The notes under the pieces are model-generated. The model worked only from the letters and a program-made list of their open reading frames with translations, made no database searches and was not told the DNA's origin. Positions 38,147 to 50,106 of a DNA stretch of 64,000 bases are shown here, one piece after another. The position numbers and the translations under genes are program-made. Within the stretch, counting starts at the first letter, position 1, and every line of letters begins with the position of its first letter. Source of the stretch: Camelus dromedarius (Eukaryota); assembly GCF_036321535.1 (NCBI RefSeq), contig NC_087438.1, forward strand, positions 2,668,001 through 2,732,000, written 5' to 3'.

Positions 38147-38324
38147 CTCGAGAGCCTGAGCGAGGTCTTGAGGCAAAGATGTCATTATAGTTTCTTTCAT
38201 TTCCTCTTTGTCAAAGAAAATGCTAGATGTGGCACCAACCAACTCTGGAGAGTTTATTATGAGCATTTCTTCCCATCTTCCCAATTCTGCATGGTGCTGA
38301 CATGTCAGTAGCTGGAACCTGACT
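38147..38324 (-). pseudogene. Relic exon 3
   Basis: Acceptor gttccctccag. Open frame RVRFQLL...EEMKETIMTSLPQDLAQALE vs RVWELL...ERRTELLRLTSEFFENALE. A gtaagg donor sits at ALE. Confidence 0.6.
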
Positions 38325-38377
38325 CTGGAGGGAACATGTATTTTAGAGAAATCAGCAAACACTAAGAATCAGGGTGT

Positions 38378-38458
38378 CTTTTCTTATTTTCCAGGAGCAG
38401 GTAATGAAGCATTCCCAGCTGGTTCTTCCCTGATCAGCAAAGATGACTTAGAGCTACA
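38378..38458 (-). pseudogene. Relic exon 2
   Basis: Acceptor ttgctcaatcag|TGT (Cys, as in CCDC141 CGKW...). EEPAG/MLHYLLLENKK vs DETKKLLHDHELLLAKLK. Donor lost. Confidence 0.45.
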
Positions 38459-39023
38459 CTGATTGAGCAAATGCATGTGAAAGAGGGGGTAAAATCAGAG
38501 ATTTGAAAACTAAGTCTCTCTATCAGATATCAGAACTGTAGCAGGATTGAAACTTTTACAGTTAAAGTTGGAAGACCCCATACTAATGTAATTCGATACA
38601 AAGAAAATCCAAGGATACTGAATTCTCTACAATTACTTTAATATAAAGAGATCATGTCACAGTACTATTCTCAAAATAACATTTTTAAAGGACAGTTTCA
38701 GGCATAACAAGCACTTTTTTATTTTTAAAGCAAAATTTCTAGCTGTCTCTGAACATATAGCTGACACTAAATAGAATTTCTAAATAGGAAACTGTCTTTG
38801 ATGAGTTAAATATCAACTATTTGATGATGTTATTAAGTTAAATTGCTCATGTATTACTTTTAGTAAATTGTAAGAAATTAAGGGTTAAATTATTAAAAAC
38901 AAAAAAATCTAGGATTTTTGTATTCATAAATATATGGAATATAAATGACTAAAAATAACTCTTCAATAGAAGGAACAGGTATTATTTTGCAATAACATAG
39001 CATGTAACAGATATTAAAGCTGC

Positions 39024-39076
39024 CTTTCTGCACTGGATCACAATCTTCCCCAGATCCCAGTGGAGAAACGATCATA
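39024..39076 (-). pseudogene. Relic of first coding exon (CCDC141-like N-terminus)
   Basis: IVSPLGSG(+1 frameshift)KIVIQCRK vs CCDC141 VAVQAGDSKIVIAVIK. Ends AAG|gc at the homologous exon boundary; ttttccctgtag lies upstream. Confidence 0.55.
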
Positions 39077-39849
39077 CTACAGGGAAAACTGAATTCAAAA
39101 GAGTATGAATTTACTAAGGACACCAGGTAGCATAATTTAGTATAAAATCGATCTCTTCAGAACTCCATCATGAACAGAGCAAAATAATAATAAAGTGTCT
39201 GTGAGATAATTTGAGATCAACTCAAAAATCTATTTTATTCTACCAGTGAATAAAATATTTTAGTACTGTAATAGACAAAGCTTTCTTTACTCATCCAGAT
39301 ACAGAAAAGAAATAGGGAATGTTACAGTAAAAATACCGGCTGAACTGTCTCCTCATGGAATATTTCTTTTGGCTTAAATTCAATACTTTAATAAAAATTT
39401 CCCTTGGATTTAGATTTGCAAATACTTTAACAAGAAACTATTATAGCATAGGTGCTCGAATTTGTAAAATTGTATAGACAGGCTTTCATGTGCTGAGAAA
39501 TGTTATAACTAAAATCTAGTTATATATTCGTTACACTATGGAAATGTCTTGAAAATTAGTTACATATAAAATTAAGAATTCACTGCCATCAACGGATTAC
39601 AGTAGAATGAAAGAGAAGATAAAAGGCTTATTTTGGGGAAGGTATCAATTGTATGCTAATGATTTTGAAGATTTAGATTAATGGATTGACTGTTATAAAA
39701 TTGATAAACTTCTACAACTTATAAATTATAATAATAATTTATAAGCTTCTCAAAATTATAAACTGATCAAGACAAAGCAGCATTCTTAAAATGTAGCATA
39801 ACTATTAAATAAATTTAAATGATGCTTAAAAATCTTCACCAACAGTCAG

Positions 39850-41285
39850 AAAATCAATAACATAGTTGAATCCAACAACATCATCAAAATTTATTGGCTG
39901 TATTTGGCATTTATAGACTTCTTCATCCAACAACAGTGGGGCACACATTCTTCTTGAGCGCTCATGGAACATTTCCCAAGATAGATGAGACAGACCACAT
40001 TCTGGGCCTTAAAACACACCTTAACAAATTTAAAAGAATAGAAATCAGACCACAATGGATTAAACTAGAAATCAACAACAGAAAGATAACTAGAGCACCC
40101 CAAGTTATGGAGCTTAAACAGCATACGTCTAATATGACACATAAACCAAAGAAGAACTTTCACGATTCATTCAGAAATACTTCAAGCTAAATAACAATAA
40201 AAATACAATTTATCAAACTCTGTGAAATGCAGCCAAAGTAGCAAAAGCAGTGACTTGAGGGAAAGCCAGCTGGAAAGCCCTGAACATCACAACATTGTAA
40301 ACTGACTTCACCTCAATTAAAAAAAAAAAAAAAAAACCATTGGCCAGTCACACAGCGTTGGATGTATGTATTAGAAGAGATGACAGCTCTAAAATCAGCA
40401 ACCTAACTTCCCACTGTAGGAAGCTAGAAGAAAAGAGAGCAGGTGAAGTCCAAAGCAGGCAGAACAAAAGGACTAATAACTATTAGAGCATAAATCAATG
40501 AAATTGAAAACCAACAGAGAAAATCAACAGAGTAAATCAACAAAGCCAAAGCTATTTTGTGAAACGATCAATAAATTCAATAAGCCTCTGGCTTAAACTT
40601 AGAATAAAAGAGAGGACACATTTTTAATGTCAGAAATGGAACAGAGGACATGACTACAGATCCTACAAATATTTAAAGGACAACGAAGAAATGCTGTGAA
40701 CAACTCTGTGCCCCACCTTTGAAAGACAGTTTGCCAAAACTCACACAAGAAGAAACAGACAATCTGAACAGGACTAAATCTATGAAAGAGAAGGACTCAA
40801 TAATAATTACCTTAAAAAACAGAAAGCACTTAGCCTAGATGGGTTCTTTGGTAAATTCTGCCAAATATTTAAAGAAAACTTGCACCAGTTCTTTGTAATC
40901 TCTTTCAGGTGATAGAAGCAGAGAGAAAACTTCCTAATTCATTCTGAGGCCAGAATTATCTTAACACCAAAAACAGACACATTGCAGAAAAGAAAACTAC
41001 AAAACAAGGCATCTCATAAATTTTGATGCAGAATCCTAAGCACAGTACTAGTTAATTGAATCCAAAAAGGTCTAAAAATAATCACACACCACAACCAAGT
41101 GAACTTTATCCAGGTGCACAAAGTCGGTTCAACACTGGAAAATCAATTAGTGTGTCATGAATTATCCATTCATGATAAACATTCTATGCAACTAGAAATA
41201 CAAGGGAACTTCCTCAGACTGATAAAGAATATCTACTAAAAACCTATAGGTAACATCATATTTAATGATGAGAAATTCAGAGCTG
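39850..41285 (+). mobile_element. Ancient L1 ORF2 fragment (endonuclease to RT region)
   Basis: ORF 39894-40190 (IYRLLHP...TFFLSAHGTFPKID..HILG.KT.LNKFKRIEI) is the L1 ORF2p endonuclease; downstream DNA follows ORF2. Confidence 0.9.
40283..40336 (+). mobile_element. Very short young L1 3' tail inserted in the older L1
   Basis: acaacattgtaaactgacttcacctcaatt followed by poly(A). Confidence 0.7.
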
Positions 41286-41289
41286 ATCC

Positions 41290-42158
41290 TTTTACTGTCT
41301 CAATAGTTTTGACTTTCCCAAAATATAATAGAGTTGGAATCATGCAGCATGTAATTTTGTCACATTGACTTCTGTTACTTAGTTTCTAAGTTCTTAAGAT
41401 TCTTCTTTTGCTCATTCACCTACTAATCACATCTTGGTTGCTTCAAAGTTTGGCAATAATTATGATTAAAGCTGCTATAAAGATGTATGTGCAGGATTTT
41501 GTGTGGACCTACATCTTCCGTTCCTTTGGGGAAATGGTAAGAAGCGTGATTGCTGGACTGTATAAGAATATGTTAAGTTTTGTGAGAAATCACCAAACTG
41601 TCTTCCAACATGGCTGTGCTGTTTTTCATTTTCATTAGCAAAGAATGGGAGCCCTGGTTTCTCCACTTCCTCTTCATCGTCTGGTGTTGTCAGTGTTCTA
41701 GATTGTAGCGTAGTGTAGTGTAGTGGTGTCCCATTGTTGTTCTAATTTTCATTTCCTTGATTCTACATGCTGTGGGACATTTTTTCATATGTTTATTTGT
41801 TATTTGTATATTTCTTCATGGGGTGCCCATTAAGGTCTTTATTTCTTGCAAATAATTTCTCCAAATCTGTGGCTTATCTTCTCATTCTCCTGACATTACC
41901 TTTTGTAGAACAGACATTTTAAATTTTAATTAAGTTCAGCTTATCAATTATTTCTCTCATGGATGGTGCCTTTCTTGTTTCAGCTGAAAAGCCATCACCA
42001 CACTCAAGGTCATCGAGGTTTTCTCCCATGTTATCTTCTAGGGGTTCACAGTTTTGCATTTTACGTTTAAGTCTATGATCCATTTTGAATTAATTTTTGC
42101 CAAGTGTGTAAGGTCTGTGACTAAATTCATTTTTTCGTATGCACATGTCCAGTTGTAC
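41290..42158 (-). mobile_element. Ancient L1M fragment, antisense
   Basis: ttttgtgagaaatcaccaaactgtcttcca; tttaagtctatgatccattttgaattaatttttg. Confidence 0.85.
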
Positions 42159-42479
42159 AATTGACTTCTCACAGCTGAGTATCAGCAGAAACACTGGGCT
42201 AGACTAGGTCTCACCAAGTGTGCAATATACCCGTCAATCTGGAGGTGACAGGTCCGTGTTTTATGGTTAATTAGCATTAACTTGGTTCTTCTATCCCTTT
42301 CTTGAACTTACAGTCTTCCTCCCCTCATCTTTAAAAAAAATCTATGTTCAACACATACGTTCTATTTATATTCTAGTTAAGAAAAGCTCTACCACACAGA
42401 CTACTAAGTACGCAGATCTAACCCTTACACACCCTTCGAATTTTTCTAATCATTCTATTGACTTCTTTCTCTTTTATCA

Positions 42480-43555
42480 ATGGCAGAATTGAATATCTCA
42501 ACTAATGCAGCAAGAACACAACCAGTTCACCAACACAATAGAACAAAGAGATCAAAACGGAACAGTACACGTATGGAATCTTAGTCTATGACAGAGGGCT
42601 TGATGGGTAGGTGGGAAAAAAGAGAATTACTCAACAAATGAGCTGAAAAAATTGATTTCCATAAAGAAAAAAAAGATTTGATTCTTACATCCTATCTTAC
42701 ATAAAAAATAACATTGGATAGATTAATAACTTACATATTAAAAAAAGAAAAGTTTAAAATTCAGTAAAAAAAATATAGGTTGATAACTCTTAAAACTTGA
42801 TGTTGGAAAATATTTCTTAAACAATGCACAAAAGTAGTTAACTATAAAAGATTAGTAAATTTACCATATAACAGTGAAGAATTTTGTATACTAAAACACA
42901 TCTTAACAAAATGAAAAATATTACACATTTTAAGAAGATATTTGCAATATACTTAATGAGTAAAACTTTGTAATTAAGAATATATAAAAAAGCCTGCAAG
43001 TTAATAAAAATATAAACAATCCAATTAAAAATGGGCAAAATATATGAACAAGTACTTTACAGAAGAGAAAAGCAAATAACCAATAAACATATTAAGGGAT
43101 TTTTAACATTATCAATGACAGGAAAATACGAGCCAAGACTTTGATAAAATAACTTTTAAACCTATTTTAGTGCTGAAAATTAAGACGTCTCCCACAAGTG
43201 TCTTGGAAGTTTCCAAGAAGAAATAAATCAAGAGAATTTCTTAATGTGACAAATAATTACAGCAAACTCTTGGAAAAGAAGTTGGACATAATCCCCGCAG
43301 GTTGACCACTCACATAGCTATGGCCAGTGACCCGCTCCCAGGGACACATCCAAGGGAGCTCTTGAACCAGAGAGGTGTGGGCAATACTGTCTACAACAAC
43401 CCTGCTCAGAGCAGCAGAAACCTGGAAACCACCCGAACACCCATCAATTGCAGAATCAACAGGTAAGTCGGGTTGCATTCACTTAGTGGGATAGCTGATA
43501 GTAATCAAAAACAATGAATACAGTGACACACAAGGTGGGTGAATTTAAAGCCCAG
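42480..43555 (+). mobile_element. Ancient L1ME-like ORF2 3' fragment
   Basis: aacaatccaattaaaaatgggcaaaatatatgaacaagtactttacagaagag and flanking ORF2-like DNA. Confidence 0.75.
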
Positions 43556-43562
43556 CACATTC

Positions 43563-43945
43563 TTTGATGGATAATTTTATGTTCCAACTTGCCTAGACTG
43601 TGGTGCCCTATTATTTAGTCAAACCCTAGTCTAGGTTTGCAGTGAAGATACTTTATAGATGTGATGAATATTTAAGTTAATAGGCTTTGAGTAAGGAAGA
43701 TCAGCCTCCATGATGTGGGTGGGCCCTGTCCAATCAGTTGAAGAACTTAAGAGCAAAGACAGGTTTCTCTTTAGGACTGTAACACAGACACCTTGCTTGA
43801 GTTTCCAACCTGCTGGCCTGAAGAATTAAGACTCAAGACTAAAGCATCAACTCTCAGCTGAATTGTTAATCTGTCCGCCTACCACACAGACTTCAGACTT
43901 ACCAGCCCCCACAATCCCATAGGAGTTTATTAAAATGAATCTTTG
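43563..43945 (+). mobile_element. ERVL solo LTR (MLT2-type)
   Basis: tgatggataattttatgttccaacttg...gatgtgggtgggccctgtccaatcagttgaaga; followed by a (CT)n tract to ~44008. Confidence 0.85.
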
Positions 43946-44559
43946 TCTCTCTCTGTTTCTCTTTGTCTCTGTCTCTCTCTTTCTTTCTTTCTTTTTCTCT
44001 GTCTCTCTAGTAATAAAGATTCACTTAGCAAAATGTTTTTGATAATTCAGAAAATGATTTCTATATCTATACCTACATCATAACTTTAAGAATATATATG
44101 GCTACCATAAAACTTGAAGAAAAGCCAGAAAATAATGAACATAGGATAAAGGATGATTAGTGTTAGGGGTAGAGGAAGGCAGAAGAAAAGGATGGAGTGG
44201 AGATTACAGTTAACGTAAGTTATTGTCAGCGTCACACCTGCTTTTTGAGAGTGGGTGCATGAGAACTAGTTACATTATTAAAAAAAAAAACTAACACAAT
44301 TGCTTAATAAAAGCAGCCAGCGTGGATCAATGAGAATGAGTCACAAACACAGGTTATGCGTCACCCAATTTTTCGCATCTGAGATCCATTAAAATAAAAT
44401 AAATAGGTAAGTAAGTAAACAGTTCAATAAAATCAATGAACTTCTGGTACCAAAGGATGGCGGCAGGGGAGGAAGGATGAAAGGTACTCACGCTGAGAGA
44501 GATGCGTCTCAGTGGTTAAGCTCATTTCCCCAACGGACTGTCAGGAAAGCTGAAGCAGG

Positions 44560-44730
44560 ATTGGCTTTCAAAGCCTTGGCTGCACCCTGGAATCATCTGG
44601 GAAGCAGAAAATCCTGCTGCTCCGTTCTCAGTTATTCTGGTTTAGCTGATCTTGGGTGTAGGGGAGGCATCCACATATGTTAAAAATGTCCTGTGATGCT
44701 AAGGTGAAGCTGAGGCTGAGATGCACTAGG
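44560..44730. mobile_element. MER5A-like hAT transposon
   Basis: ttggctgcaccctggaatcatctgggaagc...tgatgctaaggtgaagctgaggctgagatgcact. Confidence 0.65.
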
Positions 44731-47700
44731 ACAGAGGTTGCGTCTTATTTTGATGGTACTTGGGCAGTTGCTTAAAGTCAGTTTTAAGCAGAGGAGGAAC
44801 TTGAACAAATTCACTCTGTAGAAGGAGTGCTCCAGACACAGACTGAGAGTGGGTGGTTAGGAGCAGAGACTGGAGGTCAGGAAGGGAGGCGGGGAGTGGC
44901 TCTTCTCTGTGGGAACGGAGAACAGAGTGATTCTGTTGACCAGTGGGTGCAGAGGCTGAGAGAGAGGGAGGTGTGCGGGCTTCCTCTGAGTCTAGGAAGA
45001 GCCAGAGTTTGGGGATGAGGTAGGTTGAGGTAGATGAGGGGAGGGAAGCCTGGCCTTTTGATACGTTGCCTTTGCAGGACCTAAGAATGTTCTTGGAAGA
45101 ATCACGCTGGCTACAGGAAGGATGTGTGAGTCATCCGAGGCGTCTTGTTTGTAGGGAGCTGACGTAAGGAAAAAGCTTCGGTGATGTTTGCCTTTCCTAG
45201 AAGGCTTGCCTGCTGTGTTCACTTTTTATTCTGAGTTCTTTGTGGCAAGTGACAGGTGTGCTGCCTTCCAGGGAGCGAGGTCTCTGTGACTGCATCGCTG
45301 GGACCCACCCACCTCTGTGGGGTCCCATTCCTAGAGGCAGGCGGGACCCCTCTGCTGCTTTCAAGTATCCAAAATGTTTAGTGTTGTCCCACACTCCTCT
45401 TCTCTGTTGCTTTGTTTGTTTTTTTTTATACAAATGTGGGTGATCCACTAAATTGACAATTAAAATCATTAGCAAGCAGTGTTTTTTCTAGGTGTGTGAG
45501 GCCATAAGGAGCCATGTAAAGGTTTATTAATGATCAGATTAATGTTGATATTAAGAGTCATATTAATGATTAAAGATCAAATAAAGAATTCTATATTTCA
45601 TTTGTTCATGACTTGTTCATCGAAAGCCTAGTCCCAATTATTTCTATAATACGAGTGGTTTTTGTATTTTATAACTTGTTATCTTGAAAGAAATTGAAGA
45701 GAGAAAGCACCTCAATCTACAAGATGAATTTAAATCCTCTGGCCCCACTTCCTCTTCTTAAAGCTCAGGATACTTGAAAGACTTTTCTTCATTCTCCTCT
45801 GATTCCTTATTGTGGACATTTTCCATTTAATCGCAGTCAGGTAATGATTTATTTGGATTTTTTTAAGATAGGGGTGAAAAGAGCGTGTTGGACACCCAGC
45901 CTTACTTTGCTTGTCACCAGAGCCCTGGCGCCTGGGTCTGACTGGACGACAGACCCACAAGGAGAAGCGCTGGCAGGCTCTTTCCTAATGGCCTTGCACC
46001 CAGGCAGAAGTGTTTGTCAAATTAAATGGGGAAAATCGTCAGGATTTTTGAAGGGAATGAGGAGCAAAGGGAAAGCGTCGCTAATTTGTGAAAATACAGA
46101 GAGGAAAGGATGCCCCTGAGCCTCCGGCCTGGGTCCTGCCTCTGTCAGGTCCCCTCACTCTTGAAGAAAGCAGGGCCCTTCTGAGCAGGAGAGGTCAGAA
46201 CCAGGTCAGGGGGCGACCTGCGTCTCGCCTCCTGCCGTCACTCAGCTTCCTAATCCTGCACCTCTTGACAGCCTGGACGAGGAACAGCTCCGACTACTCA
46301 GACTGCAGGATGAGCTGGAGTAAACAGCCGGACCGGGGAGGGCGGGGAGGGGCTGGGAGGAGGGTGGGGGAATCAGGCATCAATCCTGGGCGTCTCACCC
46401 ACAGGACTGCAGCCCGGAGAGCACCGGGCTCCCTGCGACTGTTGGGGTCATCAGATTCCAGCAGGCATCGTCTCCCGTGATCTCTCCAGAAGCTGGGGAC
46501 GACACGAGGTTGTTCTTGGGACCATGAGTCACACGATGATGAAATCTACAAAGGGAGTGAGGACCGAGCTGAGAGCAGAGACGCCTCTGGCATCCGTCAC
46601 GGCTGCTTGTGTGACGTCAGCCCTCATTTCCAGGAGGAAAAGACAACAGCCCATGACAGAATCCAGCCGGCCACGCCTGGAAAAAGGATGAGCCACTTGT
46701 GGTCTGTCTCTGTCACACGATAAGAGGTTGGAAGGTTGTTAAATGGCTCAGCCCTGGGCTGGGAAGACATGCGTGACTTAGAGCCGTGCGCTCTTTGATT
46801 CTGAACATGGACATAAAATATTCAGTTGATGGAGTGACTGTAACCTTACACGTCTGGAATGCAGAGGGGCATTTATGATAATTAGAAATAATCAAATCCA
46901 GACCACAGAAATAGGTGCAAGAGAATATTAAGTAATTTGTAGCCAAATGGCTTTGGGACCTTAAGGTAAAATTTCCAGGTGGTGCTTTGAGGACTCGTAA
47001 ACACTCGATTTAAAGGGGCAATATTAACATGGAGGTTTACGATCAGAGCATTGAAATTAAATTGATTGTGTCTGCTCTGGCTCTAAAAATTAAAATGGAA
47101 TAATAATTTGGCTCCCTAAGTTAAAAGGCTTAAAGCTACGACTTGCAGAGCAACATCTGACATCAGGGAGGCTCAGGACTGTAGCTCAGAGGAGCAGAAA
47201 GCTCCCAGCCCGGAGTCAGAGAACACAGATTGTCCCCCAGACGTCCCTTTCTGTTCCTCTCACCTTCCTGGACAAAAACGACACACGGTGTGAGGGGGAT
47301 TGACGGAGGCAGTGCCGCCAGGGACCACGTGCTCAGGATACGTGAACTTGACGGCCGGAGTGCTAACTGCTCCGGGCACAGAGTGAAGCCTGAGAAACAA
47401 GATGTGAACAATATAGTGGGGTGGCCCAAGAGGAGGAGCTGGAGAGAAAACTGAGGCATCACTAGGAAATCCTGCTTGGTAGCAGCCTCCTGGGATGGTT
47501 CTGGGTGGGAGGGAGGAAATCGAAGAGAGTTAGGCTCAGACATCGTCCTGGAGGTGGAGATGATAACAAAAACTCTTGCCCTGCCTTCCTTCTAGACTTG
47601 TCGGGAAAATCACAGAGGAAAGTATGCTGGGGTCATCCCGTGGATCACGAAGTGGAGCACGGACACAGGCCTGCGTCTGACATCTGTGAAGGGGGTGACA

Positions 47701-47849
47701 CTGATTCATGGAATGAACAAAGTCAGTACACGGATGGAAATGCTGAAAACAAGACAGTGTAAGAAACAAGCCAGGGATTCGCCAAGAATTTGAAAACATG
47801 GCCCTTTCTGCCTCTTACGGGATGTCCTGGCCACTTAAGCTTGACTAGC

Positions 47850-48020
47850 ACAGCAGTTAAGAACCCCAGCCCTGGAGCTGGGAGATGGGTCCTGGTTCAG
47901 CCGGCTTCCTCCCTGGGTCTCCGGATTCCCGTCTGCAGAAGGAGGAGGTAACCACATTGCCTGGCCCAAGAGTGGCCATCAGATGAAAGGACTTGGGACA
48001 CATAAAGTATTCTAAAAAGT
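47850..48020 (+). mobile_element. MIR SINE (degenerate)
   Basis: gcagttaagaaccccagccctggagc...ctgggtctccggattcccgtctgcagaagg. Confidence 0.5.
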
Positions 48021-48039
48021 GAAAGGCTCAAAGGAAGGT

Positions 48040-48630
48040 CAGGCTGAGAGATGGAAACTTGGAGTTATTTGTGTACGGATGGCATGGAAAGGCGTGAGAC
48101 AGGATGACATCATGAGGAAAAGCCTCAGCTGAGAAGGGAGGCAAGGACTGAGCCCAGAGGCACACTGACCTTCAGAGGCTGGGACCATCAAAAGAAATAC
48201 CAGAGTGACTTCTGCCTCTGAGAGGGAGAGGCCAGCAAAGTGGACGGAAGCTGGGAAAGGATGGTGCCCTGGGACCCTGGCGATCAACAGCTTCTAAGGA
48301 GGAGGAGTTGGTCAACCCTGGTAAAGGCTGCTCCTGGGTCAGGGAAGGTCAGGACGGACCGTGGGTTCTCACGACGTGAAGGTCATTGCTGACTTTAGGG
48401 AGAGCACCCTCAGGGACAGGGTGGGGACGAAAGCGTCTCGGAAGAGAAGACTCAGAGACAGAGAGCCGGCTCCGCGGTGCCAGCAGTGGCTGGAGGGGGG
48501 GCGGGTCTGAGGACCACGGGGAAAGCAGCGCGTGGCGATGCGCGGGAGGCCGTCGGGCCCCGAGTCCCATCGCCTCGCCCCGTCCTCGTTCCGGCTCTGA
48601 CGTGCTCTGCAGACTTTCCAGGGAGCCTGC
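48040..48630 (-). mobile_element. L2 LINE RT fragment
   Basis: Minus frame FRPHPVPEGALPKVSNDLHVVRTHG matches the CR1/L2 RT motif FRP.HSTETAL.KVTNDL. Confidence 0.75.
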
Positions 48631-48920
48631 TCCAGGCAACCGCACCAGCAAGATTCCAGCGGCTCAAACACACTTAAAGGGATCGGAAGAGCGTGAGCCG
48701 AGGGCCTCATAAAGCCGGAAATAATAGCGTGCGGAGGGGAAGGGTGCGTGGAGAGAGGAAGGCGCCGCGCCCCCGCCAGCGCGGCAGGCGGCGGCGAGTG
48801 TCCCCGGAGACTTCCGGTGAGCGCACTGCGGTGGGTCTCCTGCCGTGACACCTGTTCTGCGTGTTTCTAGAATCTAAATATGTAGGCACTATTGGGTTTT
48901 TTTAGTAAAAAGACTTATTT

Positions 48921-49142
48921 ATATATATATATTTTTTCTTTTTATTGAAGTAGAGTCAGCTTGCAGCGTTGTGTCAGTTCTGGTGTGCAGCACGGTGCTT
49001 CAGTCATACATGTACATACATATATTTGCTTTCATATTCTTCGTCACCGTAAGTTACTACGAGGTATTGAATACAGTTCCCTGTGCTGTTCAGCATGAGC
49101 TTGCTGCTTATCTATGTCACATATAGTAACCAGTATCTGCAG
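48921..49142 (-). mobile_element. L1 3'-end fragment with TSD
   Basis: ttttattgaagtagagtcag...tacagttccctgtgct. TSD aagacttattt at 48910-48920 and 49143-49153. Confidence 0.85.
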
Positions 49143-49469
49143 AAGACTTATTTTTAAATGGCCATGAACCTCACCGTGCTCAAAAGGCCTTTGCAATCGA
49201 GTAGGAATAAGCGGCAATGCCATAGAACAGCGTCTGCTCTTGTGCAGCAGTTTACGTAGCACCCAAAGCCGCCTCGAGAGATGGACGTTATCCCTTGTTT
49301 TCCAGGAGGAAATGGAAACTCAGCTCAGATGATGCATCCGACAAGTGGCTCCCAGGCTGCCCGGAACCAGACGCAGGGCTGCCCCTAACCTCCCGATACC
49401 CCGCTCCAACTCTGCAGCACGTGGCAGGCAGAGGAAGCTCAGCATCCCACCCATAAGGTGTCTCAACCA

Positions 49470-50106
49470 TAGCGTCAGTAAGAAAGGGAAGATGCAGGGC
49501 GTGGGGAGGGGCAGATTGGGAGCTTGCGATTTGCAGATACAAACCACTATATACCAGATAGATACACAACAGGCTCTTCTGTTCAGCACAGGGGATTGTA
49601 TTTAACGCCTCATGAAGTCATACGTCATTTTGAACTAAAACCATGAATGGACACTGGTCAATGAAAAGCCTTTCTGTTGTTTTCAGGACTGTGAGGACTG
49701 GGGTGACTTGAAGTGGGCAACTCTTAGGGTTCGTAAAAGGATACGGGTATTTCAAGAAGGTGATTCAGTCCAGGGAGGTGGCACTTTCTAAACAAGCACA
49801 AGGCTAAACATAGCTCATGAATTTCCTGGATGAAATTAGGTTTTCCAGTCTAGTCAGATCAGACCACCATTACTTAGCCAGCACGAGCTACCTTGAGAAC
49901 CAAAGGGCAAAGTAATCAACAATTAGAGGGTGTCTGCCATGTGCAAATGAAAACAAACAAACAAACAAACAAACAAAAAACAACCTTGTGATAACCTATA
50001 ATGAAAAAGAATATGAAAAGAAATAGACCTATATGCATAACTGAAACACTAGCTGTGTGCAAGAAACCAGCACAACATCGTCAATTGACTTTACTTCAAT
50101 AAAAAA
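49470..50106 (+). mobile_element. L1 3'-end fragment split by a ~370 bp insert
   Basis: 49470-49610 and 49984-50106 are consecutive parts of the same L1 3' UTR seen elsewhere in the window. Confidence 0.8.

Larger units (their letters stand above)
3790..39076 (-). pseudogene. Unprocessed (intron-containing) pseudogene of a CCDC141-like spectrin-repeat plus multi-Ig gene; a probable paralog, not CCDC141 itself
   Basis: About 20 minus-strand segments, most preceded by pyrimidine-tract/AG acceptors. Their frameshift-tolerant translations resemble successive CCDC141 exons in the same order (recalled sequence, aligned by eye). Most carry stops or frameshifts. Confidence 0.75.

Noticed and set aside
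38949..38958. MEF2-like ctaaaaataa site near the relic first exon
   Set aside because: Expected by chance in very AT-rich DNA.
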